A DNA stretch of 64,000 nucleotides from an uncultured Chthonomonadaceae bacterium (lineage in GTDB: Bacteria; Armatimonadota; Chthonomonadetes; Chthonomonadales; Chthonomonadaceae). The notes under the pieces are model-generated. The model did not search any database and was not told the DNA's origin. It saw nothing but the letters and a program-made list of their open reading frames with translations. A program made the position numbers and the translations under genes. Position 1 is the stretch's first letter. The number at the start of each line of letters is the position of its first letter. The stretch spans positions 1 to 64,000 of the forward strand of contig CAWIEK010000024.1 of the NCBI GenBank assembly GCA_963835065.1, given 5' to 3'. Below, piece by piece: positions 8,657-20,600 of this stretch.

Positions 8657-10639
8657 ATGACAGCCTCAACCAATCACACCGAATCAATCGGCAATCGCCA
8701 ATCGTCAATCGCCAATCGCGCGGGTTTACGCGCCATGCTGCTCGCCCTTCTGCTTGCGCCGATAACCGCGTACTGGTCCGCCGATCAGGTGATGGACGTT
8801 ATTTTTTCCCTGATGATTCCGCCTGTCGTGGTCACGCTGGTTGTCGCCGTCGTGAACCTGATGGTACGACGGATTTCGCCCCGATTGGCGCTGACCGAGG
8901 GCGAACTGATTATTGTGTACGGGATGCATGCCGTGCTGGGCGCGATTTGCGCCGAATGGACGAACGTTATCAACCCGACGATACACAGTTACGCGCTGTA
9001 CGCAAGCAGCGAGTCGCGGTTTCGGGAACTGATTAATCCCCATGCCATCAAGTGGCTGTTCATCCCGGTTGAAAATGCCGCGAAATACGAAGATTACCGT
9101 AACGGCGGGTATCCGTTCGGCTATTTCCTGTCGCATTTGAACTTGTGGTGGACGTACATTCTCTCGTGGACGCTGTTATTTTCGCTCGTTTGTTTCGCCA
9201 TGCTGTGCATCAACAGCCTGATGCGCGACGAATGGACGAACCGCGAAAAGCTCGCGTTCCCCATTATCCAATTGCCGATGGCGATTGTGCAGTCGGGCGC
9301 GGGCAAGTCGCAGGTCTGGAAAAGCAAGTTTTTGTGGATACCGTTTCTCATCATGTTCGGCGTAGACATGCTGAACGGTTTCCACTTCATTTATCCGAGC
9401 CTGCCGCTTATCAATGTGCGCTTTCTGGCCGCGCTCAACGATTTTACGCCTACGGCTCCCCTCAACGCTATCGGGTGGACTCCCATCGGCATTTTTCCCT
9501 ACATGGCCGTGATCGGCTTTTTCATGCCGACTGATTTGCTGTTTTCGTGCATTTTCTTCTTTTTCTTCCGCAAGTTCGAGCAGGTGTTCACGTACTCGCT
9601 GGGGTATACCGAGTCGGCGGGCGTGTTCGGCGGGGGCGGTCTGGTTCCCGCGCCGCCGTACTTTAGCGAGCAGAGTTGGGGCGCGTTTCTGGCCCTGTTC
9701 GTTACGGCGATGTGGGTCGCCCGCAACTATCTGAAAGAAGTGTGGCGGCAGATTTTGCATGGACACCCCAAAGGAGACAGCGGCGTTCCGCACCGCTTTG
9801 CCTTTTTGGGACTGCTTGGCAGCGTGGGCGCGCTGATGGTTTTGTCCGTGTACGTCGGCATCCCGCTGTGGATGACCGCCGCGTCCGTGATTCTGTTTTT
9901 GATGTTCAGCGCCGCCCTGACGCGGATGCGGGCGCAGATCGGCGCTCCCTCGCACGAAATGGCGTTTATGGGGCCGAACCAACTGCTGGTGGATTTCGTC
10001 GGAACGCAGGGCTTGCCCCAGGCGGGCGTCAGCCGCTTGGTCACAACGTTCTTCTTTATGAACCGCATCCACCGGACGCACCCCATGCCGCACCAATTGG
10101 AAGCGATGAAAATGGGCGACACGGGCAAAATGAACCAACGCGCCCTGTTCGTCGCCATCACGGTCGCAACGGTCATTGGCTGCATTTTGGGACATCTGAT
10201 GTACATCTGGAAAGGGTATCACTACGCGGCGGAACGGGGCGGCGGGGAAACGGCGGGCGTGGTGGATACGCTTGTCAACAAGCATCAGCCGTCCAACCCA
10301 ATCGCCATTTTGTTTGTCGTATTGGGCTTTCTTTTCGTGCTGAGTCTGGATTTCATTCGCTTCCGCATCCCCGCTTTTCCCCTGCACCCGGCGGGCTATG
10401 CGCTTGCCATGAACTTCGGACTGGACTACTTCTGGTTCGGGCTGCTGATCGTGTACGTCATCAAGGTGTTCGTGGAGCGCTACTACGGCTTGAAAGGCTA
10501 CACCAAACTGCACGAAGTGGCGCTTGGCATCATGCTGGCCGAGTTCTGCGCCGAAGCGGTCTGGTCGGCCTATTCGATCTGGACGCACACCGCCACCTAC
10601 AGCATCAGCATCAACGGACGCTTAGGCTGGGACCAGTAA
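8657..10639 (+). CDS. DUF6785/DUF6784-type polytopic membrane protein (putative transporter)
   Basis: 660 aa with many TM helices; motifs LMRDEWTNREKLAFPIIQLP and PLHPAGY. Confidence 0.8.
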   Translation: MTASTNHTESIGNRQSSIANRAGLRAMLLALLLAPITAYWSADQVMDVIFSLMIPPVVVTLVVAVVNLMVRRISPRLALTEGELIIVYGMHAVLGAICAEWTNVINPTIHSYALYASSESRFRELINPHAIKWLFIPVENAAKYEDYRNGGYPFGYFLSHLNLWWTYILSWTLLFSLVCFAMLCINSLMRDEWTNREKLAFPIIQLPMAIVQSGAGKSQVWKSKFLWIPFLIMFGVDMLNGFHFIYPSLPLINVRFLAALNDFTPTAPLNAIGWTPIGIFPYMAVIGFFMPTDLLFSCIFFFFFRKFEQVFTYSLGYTESAGVFGGGGLVPAPPYFSEQSWGAFLALFVTAMWVARNYLKEVWRQILHGHPKGDSGVPHRFAFLGLLGSVGALMVLSVYVGIPLWMTAASVILFLMFSAALTRMRAQIGAPSHEMAFMGPNQLLVDFVGTQGLPQAGVSRLVTTFFFMNRIHRTHPMPHQLEAMKMGDTGKMNQRALFVAITVATVIGCILGHLMYIWKGYHYAAERGGGETAGVVDTLVNKHQPSNPIAILFVVLGFLFVLSLDFIRFRIPAFPLHPAGYALAMNFGLDYFWFGLLIVYVIKVFVERYYGLKGYTKLHEVALGIMLAEFCAEAVWSAYSIWTHTATYSISINGRLGWDQ

Positions 10640-10690
10640 CCATTCCTCACATGCCTTTGCCTATTGTTGCCGCTATGTAAACACGGATGT

Positions 10691-11104
10691 TCAGGAAGCA
10701 ATATCAATCTGACGGCTTTGCGACAACATGGCTTCAATCGTGTTGTAAACTTTCGGCAGGCGGAACACGGCTTTCAATGCCTGCTCAAACTCTTCCGGGG
10801 TATGACAAACGTGCAGAGCCTCGGCATTGCTCACAGCAGGCGTTTTGTTGAGATAGATTTTGGCCTCGTAAGGCTGCAGCAGCTCGTGACGGACGAAAAA
10901 TAAAGGCAGCGTATAATCATTCAATGCCACAGCCCGCGCCTCGAACATTAGTAAGATGGCTTCGTCCTCAAGCTGTCGCGCATCAACAACACCCATGACA
11001 AGGTTGCGCGTGTTACGCCCAAGTTGGGTAGCAACTTCGCGCAGAATTGTTATCGGGGGCTTTTGGTCGGGAATGGTAAAATCGGGAATGATGCTGTCGT
11101 TCAT
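10691..11104 (-). CDS. Hypothetical protein, operon partner of the EEP nuclease
   Basis: AGGAG RBS overlapping the upstream stop; PITILREVATQLG motif. Confidence 0.75.
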   Translation of the reverse strand: MNDSIIPDFTIPDQKPPITILREVATQLGRNTRNLVMGVVDARQLEDEAILLMFEARAVALNDYTLPLFFVRHELLQPYEAKIYLNKTPAVSNAEALHVCHTPEEFEQALKAVFRLPKVYNTIEAMLSQSRQIDIAS

Positions 11105-11116
11105 TCGTTCGCTCCT

Positions 11117-11998
11117 TTAGGGCAGGTCAGTAATTCGAAACAAGATTGGCAGATGATCGGAGTACTCCTGCATATTGGGCAGTCCCGCCTCCGTCAACAA
11201 CTCATTTTCTCCGTCACGTCGTGACGGAGTTTCGGTAAGGCTGGTGAGAATATGCAAATCTTCATCTTTGAAACGTGGCAGCAGCGAGGGCCGCAGTAGA
11301 ACCTGATCGAACCAATTCCAAAAGTAGGTGACACTTCGGCCTTTGTCGTAGTAATACGTGCCATAATAGGAACCGATGCTGGCGTTATCGCGTTCACCCA
11401 TCTGCGCCCAAAAAGGATTGTAGAACAAGCGGTACTCGTGTCCATCCACGACGCGGGCGTGAGGCGTGTCGCGCTTGCCCCGGGCAAGTTGGCGCGTCAT
11501 AACGGCATGAAGCCCATTGGCGGCGATCATTCCTGTTTCAAAAGGGTTCATGTTGAAGTCGCCGACCACCAGCGTATTTTGATGTCCTACATTCTCGTTG
11601 TCTTCTGCCGCTGTTATACCCTCAGCCAGTTTTTCAGCGTTTCGCCGTTGTTCGTAGCTATCTTCATACAGTTTTGAAGGCAAATGCGTGGCGGCAATCA
11701 ACAAGCGCTCTCTGTCGTTTTCCAATCGGAACAATACGTAGTCCGCTGTTGCGGAAACAGGAATAGTCTGGTATCGGCTGGATATGTACCCTTCGATTTT
11801 GGCGCAAACCCCGGAACTCAAATGCTGATAGCGCGTAAAATCGTCGGTATTGAGAGCAGGCAACAAGCCTGCCGGACGGATATTTGCCGGAGCCTCAGCC
11901 AGCAGCAACACATCCACATCAAAGCGTTTTGCCAGCGCCGCCACAGTCTGACCGATACGCTCATTGTTGTTGATGTTCCAGAATAGAAAAGTCGGCAC
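11117..11998 (-). CDS. Endonuclease/exonuclease/phosphatase (EEP) family protein
   Basis: FWNI, LAE, THLPS, GDFNMNP, FDQVL and SDHLP motifs. Confidence 0.9.
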   Translation of the reverse strand: MPTFLFWNINNNERIGQTVAALAKRFDVDVLLLAEAPANIRPAGLLPALNTDDFTRYQHLSSGVCAKIEGYISSRYQTIPVSATADYVLFRLENDRERLLIAATHLPSKLYEDSYEQRRNAEKLAEGITAAEDNENVGHQNTLVVGDFNMNPFETGMIAANGLHAVMTRQLARGKRDTPHARVVDGHEYRLFYNPFWAQMGERDNASIGSYYGTYYYDKGRSVTYFWNWFDQVLLRPSLLPRFKDEDLHILTSLTETPSRRDGENELLTEAGLPNMQEYSDHLPILFRITDLP

Positions 11999-12169
11999 AG
12001 CAAATGCGCTCCCAATGAGTTAGCCTGAAAGATAGGATATAATTCTCGAACCGTCAGGCATAATCCTTTATCACAGAACGCTTGCGTATACGAGTGGAAT
12101 ACGCAAGCGTTCTACAATCCTCTGAATGTCAACAAGAGAAGACCAAAAGAATGGAATTAGGAGAAGGGG

Positions 12170-12886
12170 ATGGAGTTTCAGCCGCTGCATCGGTGGGATT
12201 TGACGCGGGAAGAAGCCGTAGAAACGCAGCGGATGCTGGCCGGCAGGGTTCGGGAGGAACCGCTGGATACGGCTAACGTCCGCCTTGTCGCCGGCTCGGA
12301 TATGTCGTATGAGCGTACGGACGACCAGACAACAACGCCTGTCTTCGCCGGGTTTGTTACGCTGGAACTGCCTAAATTGACCGTGTTTGAAGAAGCGGGC
12401 GTACAAAGCGTGTCGCCGTTTCCTTATATTCCCGGCCTGCTGTCGTTTCGGGAAACGCCGCCCCTGCTGGAAGCCTGGACCAAACTCCGGCACAAGCCTG
12501 ACGCCCTGCTTGTGGATGGACAGGGCCTTGCCCACCCGCGCCGCTTTGGGCTGGCGTGTCATTTGGGCCTGCTGCTCAACCTGCCGACTATTGGCGTGGC
12601 GAAAACGCTGTATGTGGGCAAACACGAACCCGTTGGCGAAAACGTCGGCGATTGGCAGCCCCTGCTGGACAAGGGCGAAGTCGTGGGAGCCGCCCTGCGC
12701 ACCCGGCGCAAAGCCTCGCCCATTTTCATCTCCGTCGGCCACCGCGTTGACCTGAACAGCGCCCTTGCTCTCGTCCTGCGCTGCCTGGGCAATACGCGCG
12801 TCCCGGAAACCACCCGGCAGGCGCATGAGTACGTCAACCGCCTGCGCCGCAACCCCGCTCTGCTGCAAGAGAGGGAGGAGGGCTGA
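12170..12886 (+). CDS. nfi: Endonuclease V
   Basis: FPYIPGLLSFRE, VDGQGLAHPRRFGLACH, SVGHR and PET motifs. Confidence 0.97.
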   Translation: MEFQPLHRWDLTREEAVETQRMLAGRVREEPLDTANVRLVAGSDMSYERTDDQTTTPVFAGFVTLELPKLTVFEEAGVQSVSPFPYIPGLLSFRETPPLLEAWTKLRHKPDALLVDGQGLAHPRRFGLACHLGLLLNLPTIGVAKTLYVGKHEPVGENVGDWQPLLDKGEVVGAALRTRRKASPIFISVGHRVDLNSALALVLRCLGNTRVPETTRQAHEYVNRLRRNPALLQEREEG

Positions 12887-12970
12887 ACCACCCGCTGCGC
12901 TAGAGGCACAGAGACACAGAGGTTTCACAGAGAAAAGGAGAAAAGGAGAAAAGGAGAAAAGGAGAGGCAA

Positions 12971-13031
12971 CAAAAACGCCGTTCCTTTTTCCACAGAGAA
13001 CTGTACTGTGGAAATGGGAACGGCGTTTTTG
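12971..13031. terminator. Long hairpin between convergent genes
   Basis: CAAAAACGCCGTTCC...CCACAG / CTGTGG...GGAACGGCGTTTTTG. Confidence 0.7.
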
Positions 13032-13066
13032 GTAATGACTTTTAGGGCTTGCCGGTGGGACTAAGG

Positions 13067-13123
13067 AGTTGATAGTTGATAGTTCGTAGTTGATAGAGGT
13101 GGAGGAACTATCAACTATCAACT
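13067..13123. repeat. Inverted heptamer arrays (GTTGATA)n ... (TATCAAC)n
   Basis: Read directly. Confidence 0.9.
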
Positions 13124-13410
13124 CATTTAGGCGGCTTGTTTGTGGGGGCCGTCCCTGTGTTCACGGCATCCTCTGTTTTTGGCGGAATGGGCTTTGCGGG
13201 TTGTGGGGGCGGCGCAACGATATTGCCCTCCGAGTCTGCCCACACGCCCGGATGTCCTTTGCTTTGCATCGGCCCGGTGTAGTACATCGTGCCGCCACTA
13301 AGTGATTCCGGCGCGGTGGCGGATTTTTGGGCGCGTAAAAACAATACGCCCGCCAACAGGACAATCACGCCCACGCACACTGCCAACGCATATTGCCCCC
13401 GCTTCGACAT
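13123..13410 (-). CDS. Small N-terminally anchored membrane protein
   Basis: One TM helix, YYTGPM motif, Pro-rich tail, GGAG RBS. Confidence 0.7.
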   Translation of the reverse strand: MSKRGQYALAVCVGVIVLLAGVLFLRAQKSATAPESLSGGTMYYTGPMQSKGHPGVWADSEGNIVAPPPQPAKPIPPKTEDAVNTGTAPTNKPPK

Positions 13411-13453
13411 GGCTCCCTCTCCCTAACCGTCAGCGCCTGATGAGGCGACTCCG

Positions 13454-13630
13454 TTATTCCCCGGCGCCTTTGGTCTTGGCCGCGCCCTTTTTGTAATCCG
13501 CTCCCTTGTAGTAGTTCGGATCGTTGGTGGGCGCTTCGTCTTTCTTGCCACAGCCGGCAAGACCGGTCAGCGCGGTGACAAACGCGACAGCGGACACATA
13601 CGCCGCGAGTCTGAGGATACGCTTTTGCAT
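13454..13630 (-). CDS. 58-aa lipoprotein, absent from the ORF track
   Basis: Translated by hand as MQKRILRLAAYVSAVAFVTALTGLAGCGKKDEAPTNDPNYYKGADYKKGAAKTKGAGE; LAGC lipobox; AGGAG RBS. Confidence 0.8.
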   Translation of the reverse strand: MQKRILRLAAYVSAVAFVTALTGLAGCGKKDEAPTNDPNYYKGADYKKGAAKTKGAGE

Positions 13631-13684
13631 AGGTTTCTCCTGCTGAATTTTCCGATGGATTTCTTGTGTGCCGTATCGGCGGAT

Positions 13685-14542
13685 TTACTTGCTGGCCGTG
13701 AAGTAGCGCTTGTAGTACAGACCGGTGTTGTCTTTATCCAGGTAGCGCTCGGCGTTGCCGATGATGAACTTCGAGTGGCCGTCCAGGAAGGTAAAGTTAC
13801 CGCCGGTGCGTCCCTTATGCTCGTAACGCGCCTCGCAGCCGAACGCCGTGCCGATGCGGTCTGCGCTCGTTACGTAGCAGGTCACGCCGTCGCTGATGTT
13901 GGCGGTGCGCGCCGGTTCCACAACGCTTGCCAGCGTCCGGCCACTGAAGGTATACGTGCCGGCTACCGTTGTCCAGCCGCTGCCGGGATAATCATAGATC
14001 GGATCGGCTGTTGTGCCCGTGCCGGCGAATACCGCAAATGCAATGCCGTAATGGGAAATATACCCTGCGCCGCCGCCCGTGTTCGGCTTGGTGGTCAGCG
14101 GCGGAATGTAGCCAGCGGAACCACTGCCCGGTGAACCCGTACCGTCGCAATCGGCCTGGTCCATCGCGTCGCCGATGGCCTGCGGATTGAAACTGGGGCA
14201 GAATCGTACAGGTACGCTTTTGATGTAAGGATTCAGGGTCGTCACCCAGAGCCAGGGCAGGGCGGCGTCTGCGGTGGTACACGTTTGCAGCCCGGCGGCT
14301 TGCCCGTTGTTGCTGGTCGGGCAGTTGCGCCAGGGCACAATCGTTTCGTCATAATCCTGCACATACATGACCTGCGCGGTTCCGATTTGCTTGTTGTTGC
14401 TCAGGCAGGAAACGGTACGAGCCGCTTCGCGCGCCTGCGCGAAGACAGGGAAAAGAATGGCCGCTAAAATGGCGATGATAGCGATAACTACAAGCAGTTC
14501 AATCAGCGTAAACCCACGATGCGTTCTACGATGCATGGACAC
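13685..14542 (-). CDS. Prepilin-type N-terminal cleavage / DUF1559 H-X9-DG protein
   Basis: [31 protein letters not shown]-terminal H...NFTFLDGH. Confidence 0.93.
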   Translation of the reverse strand: MSMHRRTHRGFTLIELLVVIAIIAILAAILFPVFAQAREAARTVSCLSNNKQIGTAQVMYVQDYDETIVPWRNCPTSNNGQAAGLQTCTTADAALPWLWVTTLNPYIKSVPVRFCPSFNPQAIGDAMDQADCDGTGSPGSGSAGYIPPLTTKPNTGGGAGYISHYGIAFAVFAGTGTTADPIYDYPGSGWTTVAGTYTFSGRTLASVVEPARTANISDGVTCYVTSADRIGTAFGCEARYEHKGRTGGNFTFLDGHSKFIIGNAERYLDKDNTGLYYKRYFTASK

Positions 14543-14777
14543 CTCTCCTTATTTTTGTGACCTTTGCGGTCTATAGCGCTGACAGCAAAGCGCTGCAGCA
14601 AGAATGGGACAACAACAATGCAGTGACAACCATGGAAATGTCGGCGGCGGCCAAACAAAAAACCACGCAAAAAGTCCTGACAGAACAACGCGGAAGAACG
14701 CATCCATAAGGGTTTTCACGTGGCGACATAGCCAACTTATTAAGCCGACATTGGCTTTGTTAAAGGTCTATTATGCG

Positions 14778-14806
14778 ATTATAGCGACAAGTTCAGGCTG
14801 AGTCAA
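14778..14806 (-). promoter_or_regulatory. Sigma70 promoter of the prepilin cassette, implying a leader of about 230 nt
   Basis: TTGACT-17-TATAAT. Confidence 0.75.
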
Positions 14807-14966
14807 GAGAATCTTCATCTATTTTGCCCTATTTTTCGAATATTTTCAAAATTTCTTTAGCAAATTGGTCTTTTGGCGCGTTATAGACTTCTGCCTGCAA
14901 GAACACGTATACAAAATAACACGCCATGCGATACATATAATGTAAGCACAACCGAAAGCTGGAATT

Positions 14967-16766
14967 TCAGCCGTAAAGCGGGCCGTAAGCGGCGCAGGCC
15001 CGGAAATCGGCTCCCGTTGCGTCCATGCCACTCCCGAAACGCGCCCACGCGCTCGGACGGAACAGGCGATTTTCGGCAACGTTGTGCATATCCACCGGGA
15101 TGCGCAGCATGGCGGCGAGGGTAATCAGATCGGCTCCGATGTGCCCATAGCAAATCGCGCCGTGATTGGCTCCCCAGGCGTTCATCACGCTGTACACGTC
15201 GGCAAACGCGCCCTGTCCCGTCAGGTTGGGAACAAACCACGTTGTCGGCCATGTCGGGTCGGTGCGCAGGTCGAGCGTTTTGTGAACGGCTTCGGGCAGG
15301 TCGAGAGTGACGCCTTCGGCGATTTGCAGCACGGGGCCGAGTTCCTTGACAAGATTGACGCGGCACATGGTGACGGGCATGCCGCCCCGCGTGGTGAAAT
15401 CCGTCGAATACCCGCCGCCTCGAAAGTATTCCAATGTGCCCGGACGGAACAAAGTCGCGTTCAGACACTTCTCCATGTCTTCGGGCGAAATGTCGGCAAA
15501 GCGTTTCAGGACGGGCTTGCCATTTGCGGTTTGCTCGCCTGTCCAATCCAATGCGGCGGGGCCGGAATTGATTAGATGCAGGAAGCCGTTGACGGCTGCG
15601 CCTTCCAAGGTGTATCCTGTCACGCGCTGAACGGCTTCGGGACTCCAGTAGGTACGCACATCCGCGAACAACTGCGCGGTTCCCGTCAGCAGATGCCCGA
15701 ACAGCATGGACGCGGCATTGAGCGCGTCGTTTTCCGTCGCCACCATGTAGGGCTGCCGAATTCCGTTCCAGTCAAAGGACGTATTGAGCAGGGCCTCCAT
15801 GAAATCGCCGTTGGGAAAATGATCCGTCCATTGGCGCTGTCCCTGAAAGCCGCCCGCAAGCGCGTTGTGTCCCTGCGCTTCTTCTTTGAAACCGAGTTCG
15901 GCGAGGCGCGGATTTCCCACCATTAAGTCGCGGGCGATCAGGGTCATTTGTACGCAGATTTCCCAATCTTTGTCTTTTTGGGCGCGGTTGTGTTGACGTT
16001 CGGGCGGGTTGCGGTCTTCGCCCTCCTTGCAGTGTTCCCGCGTCCATGGCAGAGCGCGTTCGTATTCTTCCGGGTCATAGATTTTCTCGTCCATGCGCCG
16101 GACGAATTCCGTCATGTCTATCACTTCGGTTCGCATCCCCAGATAATCTTGCCAGAAATCGGGGTCTACCATGCTGCCCAAAATGCCCATTGACATGCCG
16201 CCCATGCCCAAATAGGACGTGCCGCGCATGGTTGCGACAGCGACACCGGCGCGGGCAAATTGCAGCAGTTTTTCCTGAACATCGGCGGGAATCGCAGTAT
16301 CTTCCAAATCCTGCACGTCGCGCCCGTAAATGCCGAACGTGGGTAAGCCTTTTTGATTGTGCGCGGCAAGCGTGGCGGCAAGGTACACGGCTCCGGGGCG
16401 CTGTGTGCCGTTGAAGCCCCAAATGGCTTTGGGCAGAACCGGGTCCATGTCCATCGTTTCCGAGCCGTAGCACCAGCAGTTCGTGACCGTGAGCGATACC
16501 CCGACACCTTCGCGGGCGAATTTGGCGGCGCAGCGCGCGGCTTCGGCCACGCCGCCGATGCACTCATCCGCAATCACGCACTCGACCGGCAGGCCGCAGG
16601 CGTGAAGCAGGTTTGCGCTCAGAAAATCCGCCACATTCCGCGCCATTTGCATGACGGGGCCTTCCAGAGACTCGCGGATGCCGCCGTAGCGTCCATCTAT
16701 CGCGGGGCGGACGCCGATTTTAGGCAGGGGGGTGTTCAGGCGGTTGGCAGGAACCGGGGTGTTCAT
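14967..16766 (-). CDS. fucI: L-fucose isomerase
   Basis: [37 protein letters not shown] and WGANHG motifs. Confidence 0.97.
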   Translation of the reverse strand: MNTPVPANRLNTPLPKIGVRPAIDGRYGGIRESLEGPVMQMARNVADFLSANLLHACGLPVECVIADECIGGVAEAARCAAKFAREGVGVSLTVTNCWCYGSETMDMDPVLPKAIWGFNGTQRPGAVYLAATLAAHNQKGLPTFGIYGRDVQDLEDTAIPADVQEKLLQFARAGVAVATMRGTSYLGMGGMSMGILGSMVDPDFWQDYLGMRTEVIDMTEFVRRMDEKIYDPEEYERALPWTREHCKEGEDRNPPERQHNRAQKDKDWEICVQMTLIARDLMVGNPRLAELGFKEEAQGHNALAGGFQGQRQWTDHFPNGDFMEALLNTSFDWNGIRQPYMVATENDALNAASMLFGHLLTGTAQLFADVRTYWSPEAVQRVTGYTLEGAAVNGFLHLINSGPAALDWTGEQTANGKPVLKRFADISPEDMEKCLNATLFRPGTLEYFRGGGYSTDFTTRGGMPVTMCRVNLVKELGPVLQIAEGVTLDLPEAVHKTLDLRTDPTWPTTWFVPNLTGQGAFADVYSVMNAWGANHGAICYGHIGADLITLAAMLRIPVDMHNVAENRLFRPSAWARFGSGMDATGADFRACAAYGPLYG

Positions 16767-16872
16767 CGGTGAATATCTCCTCTGGTAATAATCTATGCGG
16801 GCGCGAACGTCCGCGTTGCTGCAACATTCCCTGCGTACAAGCGATATTCCTGCCACATGATAAAATACGGTC

Positions 16873-16911
16873 TCACCACAGAGGCACAGAGACACAGAGG
16901 GGTCACAGAGA
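16873..16911 (+). repeat. 39-bp CACAGAG-type repeat; identical copy at 22863-22901, partial copy near 12903-12932
   Basis: TCACCACAGAGGCACAGAGACACAGAGGGGTCACAGAGA. Confidence 0.9.
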
Positions 16912-16946
16912 AGAACGGGAGAAGAGGAGAAGGGGAGAGGAACATT

Positions 16947-17543
16947 ATGACAGATATATTGACGCCGATGGGATGGGAACCGACGCCTAATCGCAGGCGG
17001 TTTACGCGAGCCGAGTGCGCCTTTTTGGAGGACAACGGATTACTGACGGGACGCTACGAACTGATTGATGGGGAGATCATTTCCAAGATGGCGCAGAATT
17101 TACCACACAAGATTGCCGTGATGCTGATTACCGCCTGGCTTATGCGCGTGTTCGGGGACGCTTTCATTCAGTGTCAAATGTCGGTGGGCGTGGATTTGGC
17201 GGATGCGGAAATCAACGCGCCGGAACCCGATGTTTCCGTGTTATCCCGCCCGCTTGCGTCCCTGCCCGACAGCGAACCGGCTCCCGCGGATGTGCTGCTT
17301 CTGGTAGAAGTTTCGGATAGTACGCGCCATTTCGATCTGACAACAAAAGCCCGTCTCTACGCTCGCGCCGGCATTGTGGAATACTGGGTTGCCGACATTA
17401 AAGCAAGGCGGTTTGTCGTACATCGTAATCCCACGCCGACCGGCTATACGGAAGTCACCGAATACAGCGCGGAAGCCGAAATTGCCACGCTCGCCCGTCC
17501 CGATGCCCCCATTCGCGTATCCGAACTGTTCTCGCCTGCGTAG
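16947..17543 (+). CDS. Uma2/DUF820 family endonuclease
   Basis: [20 protein letters not shown] and [11 protein letters not shown] motifs. Confidence 0.93.
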   Translation: MTDILTPMGWEPTPNRRRFTRAECAFLEDNGLLTGRYELIDGEIISKMAQNLPHKIAVMLITAWLMRVFGDAFIQCQMSVGVDLADAEINAPEPDVSVLSRPLASLPDSEPAPADVLLLVEVSDSTRHFDLTTKARLYARAGIVEYWVADIKARRFVVHRNPTPTGYTEVTEYSAEAEIATLARPDAPIRVSELFSPA

Positions 17544-17633
17544 CCGAAGGCGGAGTTAGTTGTCAGGCTGGTATACAATAGGTTTTCTGAGGAAGTCTGA
17601 ACCTTTTTCCTGCCGTATTCTGTCAAATTCATT

Positions 17634-20600
17634 ATGTCTACTCTTACCATTTCCAGTCCTTCCCCTTCCCTTATTACTGACCGTTCGCGCCTTTCCGCCG
17701 CAGAGTTGGAGTGCCTGCGCGAACTGGTGGAGCGGGGATTGTACCTGCAGGCGTATGCGCGTTTGGAGCCGCATTTGCCCCTGACGCGGCTGCGGGACGC
17801 GGTTTCCTGCGACATTGCCGGACGCCTTGCCGCCAATTTGGGTGACGGCGATCTGGCCGACTTATTGCACCTGCGCGCGTACCGGCTTGACCGCAATAAT
17901 CCGCGCGCCCGGTATGGTTATGCCCGCGTCGTTTTGAGCCGGAAAGGGCCGCTTGCCGCGTGGAAAACCATGAACCGGCTTGGCGAGCCGGACCGCTCGC
18001 TGCCGGGCGTGGATGCCGATGACGCCGCGGAATGGTGTTCGCTGTACGGCCTGGTCACGGGACTGCTGCGCGACTTCGATACGGCGGAAGCATGGCTGGC
18101 GCGGGCCGAGTCGCTTGCGCCGGACAATCCCTGGGTGTGGGTGGAGCGTTCCAGCGTTCTGGAACACGCCGACCGCTACGAGGAAGGCTTGCAGGCGGCG
18201 CAGCGCGCCCTCGAACTGCGCCCCTGGTATCGGGCGGGCATACAGGCGGTGGCGCAATCCTTGACCCTGCTCAATCGTGACGACGAGGCGCTGGAACTGC
18301 TGGCCGAGGCTTCGGAGCGTTTGGAAAGTTCGGTTGTCACGCACCAACTGTTGGGGATGCTGCTGGAACGGCAGATGTACCCGGAAGCCGCCCGCGCTTT
18401 AGATCGTTTTGAAACCTTATCCCCGCTTGCCGGACGGGATTATCAGCAGTGGATGGCAGGCGTACGCTCAGATTTGGCCTATCATAACGGCGACTTGGAA
18501 GCCACCATTCGGTTTGCGCAGGAAACCGGCTCCTCGTTTTTCGAGCGCGTTGCCGCCAATATGCAGGCCGCGCCCCCGGATGCGCCCCGCGTACAATTGC
18601 CCGTCGGGTTTGTCCGGCAGCACCACATGACGTGCGCCCCCGCCACGCTTGCCACCCTGGGCCGCTTTTGGGAACAGCCCGTAGACCATCTGGAAATCGC
18701 CGCCGACATCTGCTACAACGGTACGCCCTGGCATAATGAGCGCGATTGGGCCGACAAGCGCGGCTGGACGACCCGCGATTTCCGCGTGACCTGGGACAGC
18801 GCCCGCGCCTTATTGGACAGGGGTATTCCCTTCACGCTGACAACAGCAGGGCCGGGCTACGCGCACTTGCAGGCCGTCATCGGCTACGACGCCCGGAGAG
18901 GCACATTCCTGATTCGTGATCCCTACGCCCGCAATGTCGGCGAAGCGATGGCTGAGGGACTGCTGCAATCCCTGCGCTCCATCGGGCCGACGGGTATGGC
19001 GCTGGTTCCCCCCGCGCAGGCGCATTTGCTTGATGGCCTTACCCTGCCCGATTCCGATTTGTACGACGGCTATTACCGCGTTTCCCGCGCCCTTGTCCGG
19101 CACGACCGCGCGGCTGCGTGGACGGCATTTGAAGCCATGCAGGAAGCAGACGCCGAACATACGCTCACCATTCAGGCGCGGCGCGCGATTGCTTCTTACG
19201 ATGAGGACGTGGCGGAAATTCTCGCCTGCACCCAACGCCTGGAAGCGCGCTATCCCGAAGACGCTAACCTCAAACTGGCGCATGTCTCGTGCCTGCACCG
19301 CTTGTCGCGCCGCGAAGAGCGTTTGGAACTGCTGCAAACGCTGTGCCGCCGCGCGTCCCTGGCGGGTATTGGGGAAGAATCGGAAAATGCCAACGCGGAG
19401 AGCGGGGAAACGGCGGAAAGGGGCGCGGAAGCGGCTGTCGCCTCTGTTTCGGGAAATGATTCCGCCGCCCTCTCCGTCCGGTTTTCACTGGCTATGGCCG
19501 CGCCCCTGTTTTGGGAGCAGTACGCGCAGGAACTTGCCGACGATGCCCGCGAACATGACCGCGCCATACTATTGCTCAAGCGCTCCATTCGCCGCCAGCC
19601 GACAGACGCGGGCAGTCTGTTTATTCTTGCCAATATCCTGTGGGATCGGCAGGAGTTTCAGGAAGCGTTCGGGCTGTACCGTTTCGCCGCGTGTCTGGAA
19701 AATACCAACGAGAACCTGTCCCGCGCGTATTTCGCCGCCGCCCGCTACCTGCGGCAAACCGAAAGCGCGTTGGAGTTTTTACGCAATCGGTTTCAGCGAT
19801 TGGGCAAACAATCCGCCCTGCCCGCGCATACCCTGTACGCCGCCCTGACGGAACTGGATCGCCAGCCGGAAGCCTTCGCCGTTTTGGAACAGGCGATGCG
19901 CCGCCGTCCCGATGATGGCGAAATGCTGCTGTTCGCGTCCCGGCAGCGCGCCCGCCACAATCAACTGACTGAGGCGCAAAGCCTGCTCGAAGCCGCCCGC
20001 GACAAAGCCCCGCGCCTGGACTGGCTGCGGACGCAGGCATCCACTGCCGGCCATGCCAACGATACCGCGCAGGCTTTGGCCTGCTGGCGCGAAGTGCTGA
20101 CGCTTGCTCCGCTTGCCCTGGACGCGCACGAGGCCGTTGCCAATCTGCTCCTGCAAACGGCGGGACCGGGCGCGGTGCAGCAGCACTTTGAAGCGGTCAG
20201 CGCGCGGTTTCCGCACCATTGCGCCCTGCATCAGCAGTGGGCCAAATGGATGCGCGGCCATGATTTGGAACACGATTCGGCTGCGCATGAGCGCGTCCTG
20301 CTGCATCTGATTGAGATTGATCCGGCAGACGCCTGGGCGCGGCGCGAAATCGCGCACCTGCTTGGCGACCTGAACCGCGTGGAAGAAGCCCTTGTCCATG
20401 CGGAACACGCGCTGGTTCTGGAACCCAACAACACCAATGGCTACGCCGTCTTTGGCGACCTGTGCGGCGAATCGGGCAGGTGGGACGCGGCCCGCGACCA
20501 TTATCGCCGCGCCATCGCGCTTTCGGTTGACAACGATTACGCGCTTGGGCGGTTCGTGAGCGCGTGTGATACCCCGGCGCAAAAGCGCGAGAGCCTGCAC

